Assembly (NCBI GenBank): GCA_021325135.1
Contig: JAJPHT010000026.1
Coordinates: 1 to 64,000, forward strand
Length of the DNA: 64,000 nucleotides
DNA from: Pseudomonadota bacterium
GTDB taxonomy: Archaea; Thermoplasmatota; SW-10-69-26; JACQPN01; JAJPHT01
Direction: 5' to 3'
Below are positions 56,049 to 64,000 of this stretch, piece by piece. The position numbers and the translations under genes are program-made. The notes below the pieces were generated by a model. The model made no database searches. It saw nothing but the letters and a program-made list of their open reading frames with translations, and had not been told where the DNA came from. Position 1 is the first letter of the stretch. Each line of letters begins with the position of its first letter.

Positions 56049-56684
56049 TCAGTCCGCCCGGGAGAGGTACTTGGCGGGCACCTCGTCGGTGATGTAGACG
56101 GTCTTGCCCGCCTGCTGGATGAGGTGGCCGTCCATGCGCGCCTGGTACGAGTCGACCTTGAGGATGATGGGGTTCTCGGCGCGGCGGAGGCCCGCCGCGA
56201 GGGCGTTCTCGTAGGTGCGCGAGAGGTGCACCTTCTGGCGGTCCGTGGGCGCGAGGCCGCGCTCCAGGATCAGCTCGACCTCCTCCTCGGTGACGGGGTA
56301 GTAGAGGTCGTCGGGGACGTCGTCGCCGGGGAGGTCCTTGAGATCCAGCTTCATGCTGTGGCCGTAGGTGGCGCGCACCTTGTCCCCCTCGATCTGGTAG
56401 CGCCCCTTGGGGTCCGTGGCGACGATGGCCACGAGGTGGTAGGGCTTGATCCAGTGGAGGCGGTCCTTCTGCGTGCGAAGCTGGCCGATGAACGCGTCGA
56501 TGTCCACCCACCCCTGGGGGTCCATCTCGACGCCGAACTTCTCGGGGAAGTGGCGCAGCACGCCGGCCATGATGCGGCCGACCCTGTTCAACTCGTGCTC
56601 GTTCATGAGGAACCGGCCCTCTTGGCCACAGTCGGGGCACGTCTCGCCCCGGAAGTAGCCATGGCTTTGGCATTCCCGCAGCAT
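56049..56684 (-). CDS. kptA: RNA 2'-phosphotransferase (Tpt1/KptA) with N-terminal Zn ribbon
   Basis: CQSHGYFRGETCPDC, GVLRHFP, DPKGRY, VRATYGHS, RQKVHLS. Confidence 0.93.
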   Translation of the reverse strand: MLRECQSHGYFRGETCPDCGQEGRFLMNEHELNRVGRIMAGVLRHFPEKFGVEMDPQGWVDIDAFIGQLRTQKDRLHWIKPYHLVAIVATDPKGRYQIEGDKVRATYGHSMKLDLKDLPGDDVPDDLYYPVTEEEVELILERGLAPTDRQKVHLSRTYENALAAGLRRAENPIILKVDSYQARMDGHLIQQAGKTVYITDEVPAKYLSRAD

Positions 56685-56795
56685 CTTGATCGGGCGCGCC
56701 ATCCGGGCGTTGGCCTTTAAGGATTCTGGGGGCGGGGTGCCGAGAACAGAACGTTCTTCGCGTCCGGCCCGGCTCCCAGGGGCGGAGGCTTCGCC

Positions 56796-58034
56796 GTGCC
56801 CAACCGTTCCATCGTCCTCGCTCTCGCCTTCGTCCTCGTGGCCCCCTCCGTGGCCGCGCTCCCCCTGCCCTGCCTGCCCGTCATCATCACGTGCGCGCCC
56901 ACGACCCCCGGCTGGCTGGCGTGGGAGCAGCGCGCGCCGTCCAACTCGTTCAACGCCACCGCGATCTCGCCCGACGGCAGCGTCGTCGTGCTGGAGAGCG
57001 CGAACCTCTCGGGCGCGTCGCCCAGCTACGGGCTGCGCGGCGTGGAGTGGTCCACGGGCCACACGCTCTGGACGCTGGCCTTCGCCTCGCCGCCCGCGGC
57101 GTTCGCCCTCGACTCCTCGCGCGTCTACGTGACGACCACGTCCTACGAGGCGCTCAACACCACCGCGTACGGCCTGCGCAACGGCACGCTGGCGTGGGCC
57201 CAGACCAACTTCACCCTCAGCGGCGGCGAGAGCATCCTCGTCACGCCCAGCTGGGTGGGCACCGTGGAGGTCGACGCGTTCAACGGCCACGAGACGCTGC
57301 TGCGCTACGCGCCCGCCAACGGCACGCTCCTGGGCACGCTGGACACGGGCATCGACTTCTACGACCACATGGTGGGCACGGACGGCAGCAGCGTCGTCTT
57401 CGTGGGCACCAACGGCTCCAGCGCCCACGGCCTCAACGCGTTCAGCCTCAACGGGACGCTCCTCTGGTCGACGCCGCTGCCCGACACCCTTCAGTTCTTC
57501 CAGATGGGAGGGCCCACGTTCATCTACGACTACTTCCAGTGGTTCGGCCCCAGCCGCATCGGCGCGGTGAACCTCACCACGGGCGCCGTGGCGTGGGACG
57601 AGCCGGAGCCCAGCTTCGTCGAGTCGCTGGTCGTGAGCGCCGATGGCCGCACGGTGGAGATCACGCACTCGGGCGACTACTTCTATCCCCCCGAGATCAC
57701 GGCCCTCGACGGCGCCACGGGCGCCACGCGCTGGACGACGTCCTTCAGCGGCGACTCGGAGACGGTGGCGGTCTCGGCCAACGCCAGCCGCACCTACGTC
57801 TCCCTCCACATCCAGACGTCGGGCAACACGACCGGCAACGCCACGGGCGGGCCGGCGTGGAACGCGACGCAGACGTGGGCCCTCGACGCCTCGGGGAACC
57901 CCCTGTGGAACCGCACGCTGGACCACGCGTTCCCCGTGGGCATCGCCACCGACGCCCTGGGCTCGCGCGTCGTGGAGCTGGCCGCCAACGAGACGGCGGT
58001 GGCGGGCATTGCGCGCGGCTACTACGGAGGCTGA
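56796..58034 (+). CDS. Secreted PQQ-like beta-propeller glycoprotein
   Basis: Signal peptide; TGxxxW/NGTLxW blade repeats; 15 NxS/T sequons. Confidence 0.8.
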   Translation: MPNRSIVLALAFVLVAPSVAALPLPCLPVIITCAPTTPGWLAWEQRAPSNSFNATAISPDGSVVVLESANLSGASPSYGLRGVEWSTGHTLWTLAFASPPAAFALDSSRVYVTTTSYEALNTTAYGLRNGTLAWAQTNFTLSGGESILVTPSWVGTVEVDAFNGHETLLRYAPANGTLLGTLDTGIDFYDHMVGTDGSSVVFVGTNGSSAHGLNAFSLNGTLLWSTPLPDTLQFFQMGGPTFIYDYFQWFGPSRIGAVNLTTGAVAWDEPEPSFVESLVVSADGRTVEITHSGDYFYPPEITALDGATGATRWTTSFSGDSETVAVSANASRTYVSLHIQTSGNTTGNATGGPAWNATQTWALDASGNPLWNRTLDHAFPVGIATDALGSRVVELAANETAVAGIARGYYGG

Positions 58035-58069
58035 CAAAGCTCATCCGTCGCCCCCTCCGTGCCCGCCGC

Positions 58070-58765
58070 ATGACCCTCTCGCCCCAGGACGCCGCCAAGA
58101 AGGCCGCCGCGGAAGCCGCGTGCAAGCACGTCCGCGACGGGACCATTGTGGGCCTGGGCACGGGGAGCACGGCCGACTTCGCCGTGCGCCACCTGGGCGA
58201 GCGCGTCAAGGAGGGCCTCCGCATCCGCGGCGTGCCCACGTCGCTGAAGACCGAGCGGCTCGCGCGCGAGGTGGGCATCCCCCTCGTCGACCTCAACGAG
58301 GTGGAGGCCATCGACGTCACCATCGACGGCGCCGACGAGGTGGACCCCAAGCTCGACCTCATCAAGGGGTTGGGCGGCGCGCTGCTGCGCGAGAAGATCG
58401 TCGCGTCCCTCACCGCGCGGCAGGTCATCGTCGTCGACCCCAGCAAGATCGTCCCCAAGCTGGGCACGCGCTCCCCGCTCCCCGTGGAGGTCCTCCCCTT
58501 CGGCTGGGCCGTCGTCGAGCGCCGCCTCCGGAAGGAAGGGCATCACCCCACGCTGCGCCAGAAGGAGGGCAAGCCCGTCCTCACCGACAACGGCAACCTC
58601 GTCCTCGACGTGCGCTTCCCCGAAGGCATCGCCGACGCGGCCAGGCTGGAGCGCGACCTCAACAACGTGCCCGGGGTCGTGGAGAACGGCCTCTTCCTGG
58701 GCATGACGTGGCGCGTCGTCGTGGGAGAGGCCGACGGGCGCGTGCGCGAGATCGTCCGCGGCTGA
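58070..58765 (+). CDS. rpiA: Ribose-5-phosphate isomerase A
   Basis: VGLGTGST, IDGADEVD, IKGLGGALLREKIV, TDNGN, PGVVENGLF. Confidence 0.97.
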   Translation: MTLSPQDAAKKAAAEAACKHVRDGTIVGLGTGSTADFAVRHLGERVKEGLRIRGVPTSLKTERLAREVGIPLVDLNEVEAIDVTIDGADEVDPKLDLIKGLGGALLREKIVASLTARQVIVVDPSKIVPKLGTRSPLPVEVLPFGWAVVERRLRKEGHHPTLRQKEGKPVLTDNGNLVLDVRFPEGIADAARLERDLNNVPGVVENGLFLGMTWRVVVGEADGRVREIVRG

Positions 58766-58771
58766 GCGCGC

Positions 58772-59053
58772 CTACGGGCGGCCGACACCCTTGCCCGCCT
58801 CGTGGCCCGGCGCGGCGCTCTTGCCTTCGCGCACCATCTTGGCCTGGAGCAGGATGCGCGAGCGCCACTGCGTCCAGTCCGCCTCGGTGGGCAGCAGGAG
58901 GAGCTGCTCCACCAGCGCGGGCGCCACGAGGCCCTGGCACGCCTCGCGCAGGAACGCCTGGAACGCCGCGAGGTCGGGCGTGGCGCGCAGCGCGTCCAGG
59001 ACGCCCGGCTCCCCGCGGGCGCGCTCGCCCAGCCTCGAGCCGATGGCGCTCAC
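58772..59053 (-). CDS. Hypothetical protein (93 aa)
   Basis: Compact helical ORF with normal codon bias. Confidence 0.55.
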   Translation of the reverse strand: MSAIGSRLGERARGEPGVLDALRATPDLAAFQAFLREACQGLVAPALVEQLLLLPTEADWTQWRSRILLQAKMVREGKSAAPGHEAGKGVGRP

Positions 59054-59101
59054 GAGGCCGTAGGCCTTCTTCGCGTCGGGGGGCAGGCTTATGCTATCAC
59101 C

Positions 59102-59425
59102 TCACTGGATGGGGGGCGGCGGGCCCTTGCGCTTCTCGGCCTTGCTCGCCTTGACCTGCTGCGCGATCTGGCCGCGCTTCCCCTTGGGCGGGGGCGGCGG
59201 CGCGTCGTGCTTCTTCTGCGGCAGGAGCCCGAAGAGGAGCGTGCACCCCGCCACGATCCAGATGAGGTACGCCAACGGCTCGTTGGGATAGCGATAGACG
59301 AGCCACCCCAACGCCGCGATGGCCACGGCGATGACCGCCCAGAAGAGGATCTCCAGTACGCGACCGTAGGGCGGCGTGTGGAAGACCTCGATGAGGCGCG
59401 CAAAGGGGCCAGGACGCGGGGCCAC
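59102..59425 (-). CDS. Small 2-TM protein with Pro/Lys-rich tail
   Basis: ILFWAVIAVAIAALGWLVY; LAYLIWIVAGCTLLFGLL; GTG start inferred (the longer ORF runs through the repeat). Confidence 0.65.
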   Translation of the reverse strand: MAPRPGPFARLIEVFHTPPYGRVLEILFWAVIAVAIAALGWLVYRYPNEPLAYLIWIVAGCTLLFGLLPQKKHDAPPPPPKGKRGQIAQQVKASKAEKRKGPPPPIQ

Positions 59426-59468
59426 GCGCGGGCAAACCTGCCGCGACGTTTGGCGCTTGCGCCCAAAA

Positions 59469-59574
59469 CGCGGGGGGTTCGGGGGGCGCAGCCCCCTGAC
59501 GTGAAGGAAACGCCCAGCAGACGACTTCACGTCAGGGGGGCGAGCCCCCCTGAAACCCCCCATTTTGCGCGCGC
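59469..59574. repeat. Full-length nested palindromic REP/MITE-like element
   Basis: CGCGGGGGGTTCGGGGGGCGCAGCCCCCTGACGTGAAG...CTTCACGTCAGGGGGGCGAGCCCCCCTGAAACCCCCCATTTTGCGCGCGC. Confidence 0.85.
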
Positions 59575-59602
59575 TGCGGCGCGCGCGACGAAACTACAGT
59601 TT

Positions 59603-59911
59603 CTAGTAGGCGTGCATGAGGCGTCGGCTGGCCCGGTAAGGGGGACGGCGCCCGCGGCGGCCAAGCCCCTGGATGACGGCGCGCTTGTGCTTGCACATCT
59701 TCCCATACAGGCTTGCCTCGCAGAGGCACGAGAGGCGCCCCTCGCCCTCGTCGTGCAGGTCCACGAGAAGCTCGTGCTTGACGCCGGGACGGCTCTCGCT
59801 GTCGAAGACGAAGCGGTGGAGCCCGGGGCCCAGCGTCTCGTGCCGGTAGCGAAGCACGCACACGGTATGATTTTCCTCGACTTGAAGGTGACCTTCCGGT
59901 GGGCATTTCAC
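59603..59911 (-). CDS. Small SWIM zinc-finger protein
   Basis: SESRPGVKHEL...LSCLCEASLYGKMCKH (CxC-x8-CxH); GTGA overlap with the upstream stop. Confidence 0.7.
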   Translation of the reverse strand: MKCPPEGHLQVEENHTVCVLRYRHETLGPGLHRFVFDSESRPGVKHELLVDLHDEGEGRLSCLCEASLYGKMCKHKRAVIQGLGRRGRRPPYRASRRLMHAY

Positions 59912-60276
59912 TCGGGGTGGAGGGGGCGCTGAAAGATCTCCACCATGGGCCACGCGGCGAGGCGCCAGAACGTCCAGCCCCCCACCTCCTCGGGCACCAC
60001 GATGCGGGCCGATTCCAGGACGCGCAGGTGATGGGACAGGGTGGAGGACGCGATGCCCAGCGCCGCCTCGATCTCCGTCGTCGCCAGGGCGCCGTGCCTC
60101 CGGAGAAGCTCGCCCACGAGGAACCGGTTGGGGTCGCCCAGGGCGCGGAACATGGCGAGGCGCAGCTGCGCGAAGTCGTCGGCCGCCACCTCGAGCGCCG
60201 CCGCGGCGGGGTCGGGCAGGCGGGCGCCCCCGGCGTCGCGCAGGCGGGCATAGCGGCCAGAAAGGGGGGCGGGCAT
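59908..60276 (-). CDS. ArsR/SmtB family regulator
   Basis: FRALGDPNRF...IASSTLSHHLRVLESARIV...GGWTFWRL. Confidence 0.85.
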   Translation of the reverse strand: MPAPLSGRYARLRDAGGARLPDPAAAALEVAADDFAQLRLAMFRALGDPNRFLVGELLRRHGALATTEIEAALGIASSTLSHHLRVLESARIVVPEEVGGWTFWRLAAWPMVEIFQRPLHPE

Positions 60277-60375
60277 ATCTCGATGGCCATCGAGATGATG
60301 GGATAAAGCTCCGGCGGAAACGGTTATGTGGGGGCGGCGCTTTCGGCGGCCGTTCCCCCAACAGGAGGGGCCCCA

Positions 60376-61119
60376 ATGGCGAAGCAGAAGCGTGGCGCGC
60401 TCTACAAGCAGATCAAGTCCCACTCCAACACCCGCCGCGAGTACATGGGCGGCGTCCCCGGCTCGCGCATCACCCAGTTCGACCTCGGCGACAAGAACGG
60501 CAACTTCAACGTCAAGGTCAGCCTCGTCGCCGGCGAGCGCGTCCAGATCATCCACAACGCCCTCGAAGCCTGCCGCGTCGCCGCCAACCGCGTCCTCATG
60601 AAGAACTGCGGCAGCGCCGGCTACCACCTCAAGGTCCGCGTCTACCCCCACGAGGTCCTCCGCGAGAACAAGCAGGCCTCCGGCGCCGGCGCCGACCGCG
60701 TCTCCCAGGGCATGCGCCAGAGCTTCGGCAAGGCCATCGGCACCGCCGCCCGCGTCGAGGTCGGCCAGCCCATCATGACCGTCCGCGTCACCCCCGAGCG
60801 CTTCCAGTTCGTCAAGGAGGCCTTCCGCAAGGCCAACACCAAGCTCCCCATCCCCACCCGCCTCGTCATCGAAGAGGGCGAGGACGAGGTCAAGAAGTTC
60901 ATCGCCAGCGGCATCAAGGTCAAGGTCGTCGCCATCGGCAGCACCGGCGAGGCCGAGGCCAAGGCCGCCAAGGACGCCGCCAAGGCCGCCGCGGGCGCCG
61001 CCGCCGGCGCCGAAGGCGAGGCCAAGGAAGGCGACAAGAAGGAAGGCGACGCCAAGGCCGGCGACAAGAAGGCCGAGCCCGCCAAGGGCGCCGGCAAGCC
61101 CGCCGACAAGAAGAAGTGA
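60376..61119 (+). CDS. rpl10e: 50S ribosomal protein uL16 (L10e) with low-complexity C-terminal extension
   Basis: TRREYMGGVP, HNALEACRVAANR, YPHEVLRENKQASGAGADRVSQGMRQSFGK; GGAGG SD. Confidence 0.96.
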   Translation: MAKQKRGALYKQIKSHSNTRREYMGGVPGSRITQFDLGDKNGNFNVKVSLVAGERVQIIHNALEACRVAANRVLMKNCGSAGYHLKVRVYPHEVLRENKQASGAGADRVSQGMRQSFGKAIGTAARVEVGQPIMTVRVTPERFQFVKEAFRKANTKLPIPTRLVIEEGEDEVKKFIASGIKVKVVAIGSTGEAEAKAAKDAAKAAAGAAAGAEGEAKEGDKKEGDAKAGDKKAEPAKGAGKPADKKK

Positions 61120-61146
61120 ACCGGCCCCAGGGCCTGGCTTGCTTCT

Positions 61147-61190
61147 CGGGGGCGCCTTTTGGGCGCCTCCGGCTTTTTTCTTCGTTTTTT
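61147..61190 (+). terminator. Hairpin plus T-tract terminator after rpl10e
   Basis: GGGGGCGCC-TTTTG-GGCGCCTCC followed by TTTTTTCTTCGTTTTTT. Confidence 0.7.
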
Positions 61191-61214
61191 CGTGATGAGG
61201 AGTGTGAGCCAGGC

Positions 61215-61330
61215 GGCGCCAGGTGGGTACGGGCGTGCACGGCTGCGCCCGTCCGTGCACGCCCGTACCCGCCCGGTTCCACCCGTGCACGCCCGGCTCC
61301 ACCCGCCCCCGCCTGGCGGCACCTGGCGCC
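61215..61330. repeat. Nested inverted/direct repeat element
   Basis: 18-bp perfect IR GGGTACGGGCGTGCACGG/CCGTGCACGCCCGTACCC; outer IR GGCGCCAGGTG/CACCTGGCGCC; internal direct repeat CCGTGCACGCCCG. Confidence 0.7.
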
Positions 61331-61419
61331 AGCCGGGGACAGGTGCCCCCTCCCCTTTGTGACGTCCCACGTCACGTCCAGTCGACACCCTTTTGCGCAC
61401 GCCGGCCTGAGCCCCCCGC

Positions 61420-61848
61420 ATCACCCACGACCTCTTCCTCCCCTCCGACCTGCGCGGGTTCCAGCAGGAGCTTGCCGGCCGGCTCGCGACGCTGGACCAG
61501 CCGGGGGGCGAGGTGAAGGCGCTGCGGGAGCGCTACGGGTTCACACAGGACGTCCTGGCGCGGCTGCTGGGGCTGCGGCGGGAGAGCCTGTCGCGCATCG
61601 AGTCCGGCCGCGTCGCGCTCACGCTGCCGGTGCTGCAGCGGTTCGTCCGGGTGGTGACGCTGGCGCGGGGCGTGCGCGAGCACCTGGCCTACGCGGAGGC
61701 GCGGGGGAACATCCCCGACGAGCGCCGCCTGGACGTGCTCGCGCAGTCGCTCCGCATCGAGAAGGATGCGGCCGACGAGGTCGTGCTGCTCTCGATGATG
61801 GCGTACGACAAGAAGCGCAAGGACACTCTCACGCAGTCTCTCCGGTGA
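61420..61848 (+). CDS. XRE-type HTH transcriptional regulator; start uncertain (ATC 61420, CTG 61450 or GTG 61513)
   Basis: ELAGRLATLDQPGGEVKALRERYGFTQDVLARLLGLRRESLSRIESG. Confidence 0.75.
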   Translation: MTHDLFLPSDLRGFQQELAGRLATLDQPGGEVKALRERYGFTQDVLARLLGLRRESLSRIESGRVALTLPVLQRFVRVVTLARGVREHLAYAEARGNIPDERRLDVLAQSLRIEKDAADEVVLLSMMAYDKKRKDTLTQSLR

Positions 61849-61854
61849 TCTCAC

Positions 61855-64000
61855 ATGACCTCGAAGCCTACCTCGGAAGTCGTCTGGGCGCAGAACATCG
61901 GCAAGGATGATATCCCGCTCGTGGGCGGGAAGGGGGCGAACCTGGGCGAGATGATCGGCATCGGCCTTCCGGTGCCGCCCGCGTTCGTGGTGTCGGCGCC
62001 GGCGTTCCACCATTTCCTGGTGGAGTCGGGCGTCGCGGAGAAGGTGTTCGGCGACCTGGCGCGGCTCGACGTGGAGGACAGCAAGGCGCTGCGCGAGGCC
62101 AGCGAGCGGGCGCGGGAGCTGGTGCTCAAGGCGAAGCTGCCGCCCGCGCTGGAGCGGCAGATCCGCGACGCGTACCGCTCCCTGGCGAAGTCCGAGGGGG
62201 GGAAGGACCCGCTGGTGGCGGTGAGGAGCAGCGCGACGGCGGAGGACCTGCCGGAGGCAAGCTTCGCGGGCCAGCAGGACACGTACCTCAACGTGCGCGG
62301 CGAGGATGCCCTGCTGGAGCACGTGCAGCGCTGCTGGGCGTCGCTCTACACGCCGCGGGCGGTCTACTACCGCGTGAAGCACAAGTTCCCCCACGAGAAG
62401 GTGGCCATCGCGGTGGTGGTGCAGATCATGGTCGACGCGGCCAAGGCGGGCGTCATGTTCACGCGGCACCCCACGACGGGCGCGGACAGCACGCTCATCG
62501 AGGCGGCGTGGGGGCTGGGCGAGGGGGTCGTGAGCGGCAACGTCACGCCCGACACCTACGAGGTGGGCGCGGACGGGAAGCCCACGAGCGTGCGCGTCGC
62601 GTCCAAGGAGACGATGTACGTGCGCGGCAAGCAGGACCGGACGGTGGTCGAGGCCGTGCCGGGCAACAAGAAGCAGGCGCGCGTGCTCTCGGACGAGGAG
62701 CTCAAGCAGCTCCACAACCTGGGCCGCGCCATCGAGAAGCACTACGGAAGCCCGCAGGACATCGAGTGGGCGATGTCGCAGGAGGGCGTCCTCAACGTCC
62801 TCCAGGCGCGCCCCATCACGACGCTCAAGGGCAAGCCGGGCGGCTCCGCGGCGGCTCCGCAGGCGGCGGGCTCGGGGGCGGCTTTGCTATCAGGCCTCGG
62901 CGCGAGCCCGGGCGTCGCGGTGGGCAAGGTGGCCATCATCGCCAACGTCGAGCAATTGGAGAAGTGCAAGCCCGGCGACATCCTCGTGACGCAGATGACG
63001 ATGCCCGACATGGTCCCGGCGATGAAGCGCGCGGCGGCCATCGTCACCGACGAGGGCGGGATGACGTGCCACGCGGCCATCGTGTCGCGCGAGCTTGGCG
63101 TGCCCGCGGTGGTGGGCACGAAGCAGGCCACGAAGCGGCTCAAGGACGGCATGGTGATCACGGTGGACGGCGAGAAGGGCACCGTGACCGAGGGCGGCGC
63201 GCCCGCGCAGAAGGCGGGCGAGGCGGGCGCGATGCCGGAGCGCCCCATGCCCAAGGTGGGCGCCTCGAAGCCCGTGACCGCGACGCAGGTGAAGGTCAAC
63301 ATCAGCATGCCCGAGGCCATCGATCGCGCCCTCGCCACGGACCCGGACGGCGTGGGTCTGCTGCGCATCGAGCACATCGTCCTGGGCCTGGGCAAGCACC
63401 CCCTCACGTTCATCCGCGGCGGCAAGGAGCAGGAGTACGTCGACTACCTCGTGAAGAGCATCAAGACCGTCGCGGAGCCCATGTACCCGCGCTCCGTCTG
63501 GGTGCGCACGCTGGATGCGCCCACCGACGAGTTCCGCCAGATGGAGGGCGGCGAGGGCGAGCCCCACGAGCACAACCCCATGCTGGGCTGGCGCGGCATC
63601 CGGCGCGGCCTGGAGCAGCCGGAGCTTCTGCGCGCGGAGCTGAAGGCCATCCGCAAGCTCCTCGACCAGGGCGTCACCAACGTGGGGATCATGCTGCCCC
63701 TCGTGCAGCACCCCCACGAGATCCGCCAGGCGAAGCAGATCGCGCGGGAGTGCGGCATCGAGCCCCACAAGGACTGCGAGTTCGGGATCATGATCGAGAT
63801 CCCCGCGGCGGCGCTGGTCATCGACTCGCTCCTGGACGAGGGGCTCGACTTCGTGAGCTTCGGCACCAACGACCTCACGCAGTACACGCTGGCGGTGGAC
63901 CGTAACAACGAGAACGTGGCGCGGCTCTACAACGAGTTCCACCCCGCGGTGGGCAAGCTCATCGAGATGAGCATCAAGGCGGCCCGCGCGCGCGGCGTGC
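61855..64000 (+). CDS. ppsA: Phosphoenolpyruvate synthase (pyruvate, water dikinase), partial at the right edge
   Basis: VGGKGANLGEM, AVRSSATAEDLPEASFAGQQDT, GLGEGVVSG, PQDIEW, GGMTCHAAIVSRELG, NPMLGWRG, FGTNDLTQY; GGTGA SD; absent from the ORF track because there is no stop in the window. Confidence 0.96.
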   Translation, partial: MTSKPTSEVVWAQNIGKDDIPLVGGKGANLGEMIGIGLPVPPAFVVSAPAFHHFLVESGVAEKVFGDLARLDVEDSKALREASERARELVLKAKLPPALERQIRDAYRSLAKSEGGKDPLVAVRSSATAEDLPEASFAGQQDTYLNVRGEDALLEHVQRCWASLYTPRAVYYRVKHKFPHEKVAIAVVVQIMVDAAKAGVMFTRHPTTGADSTLIEAAWGLGEGVVSGNVTPDTYEVGADGKPTSVRVASKETMYVRGKQDRTVVEAVPGNKKQARVLSDEELKQLHNLGRAIEKHYGSPQDIEWAMSQEGVLNVLQARPITTLKGKPGGSAAAPQAAGSGAALLSGLGASPGVAVGKVAIIANVEQLEKCKPGDILVTQMTMPDMVPAMKRAAAIVTDEGGMTCHAAIVSRELGVPAVVGTKQATKRLKDGMVITVDGEKGTVTEGGAPAQKAGEAGAMPERPMPKVGASKPVTATQVKVNISMPEAIDRALATDPDGVGLLRIEHIVLGLGKHPLTFIRGGKEQEYVDYLVKSIKTVAEPMYPRSVWVRTLDAPTDEFRQMEGGEGEPHEHNPMLGWRGIRRGLEQPELLRAELKAIRKLLDQGVTNVGIMLPLVQHPHEIRQAKQIARECGIEPHKDCEFGIMIEIPAAALVIDSLLDEGLDFVSFGTNDLTQYTLAVDRNNENVARLYNEFHPAVGKLIEMSIKAARARGV

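Overview
High-GC (about 70% by eye) archaeal chromosomal segment, most likely an uncultured Thermoplasmatota. The assignment rests on Thermoplasma-like proteasome beta subunits next to aCPSF1/FttA, plus uL16/L10e, AglB, archaeal KptA, a long FKBP, DUF2070, TrmB regulators, and rpe with rpiA. About 60 CDSs, one intron-less tRNA(CAT) and a partial PEP synthase at the right edge. No CRISPR array, rRNA, integrase or transposase was seen. The strongest candidate for an undescribed system is 24.7-35.2 kb: a 1362-aa surface protein, then two [TrmB regulator + secreted protein] modules, a PGF-containing membrane protein and a membrane-tethered double wHTH regulator. The two secreted proteins are paralogues I cannot assign to a family; they share WFNDQ, DPNxxxW and VWVV motifs and conserved His residues. 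Other observations: tandem, both apparently active psmB paralogues; a U-rich tract directly upstream of the termination factor aCPSF1; a three-copy nested palindromic repeat family; an orphan FlaF-like gene; a Cys-rich PadR beside a His-rich cytochrome-b-like surface protein; a six-fold-repeat 12-TM protein; a frameshifted FKBP; and a low-GC chimeric secreted gene. All calls are from motif recognition by eye; no database searches were run.
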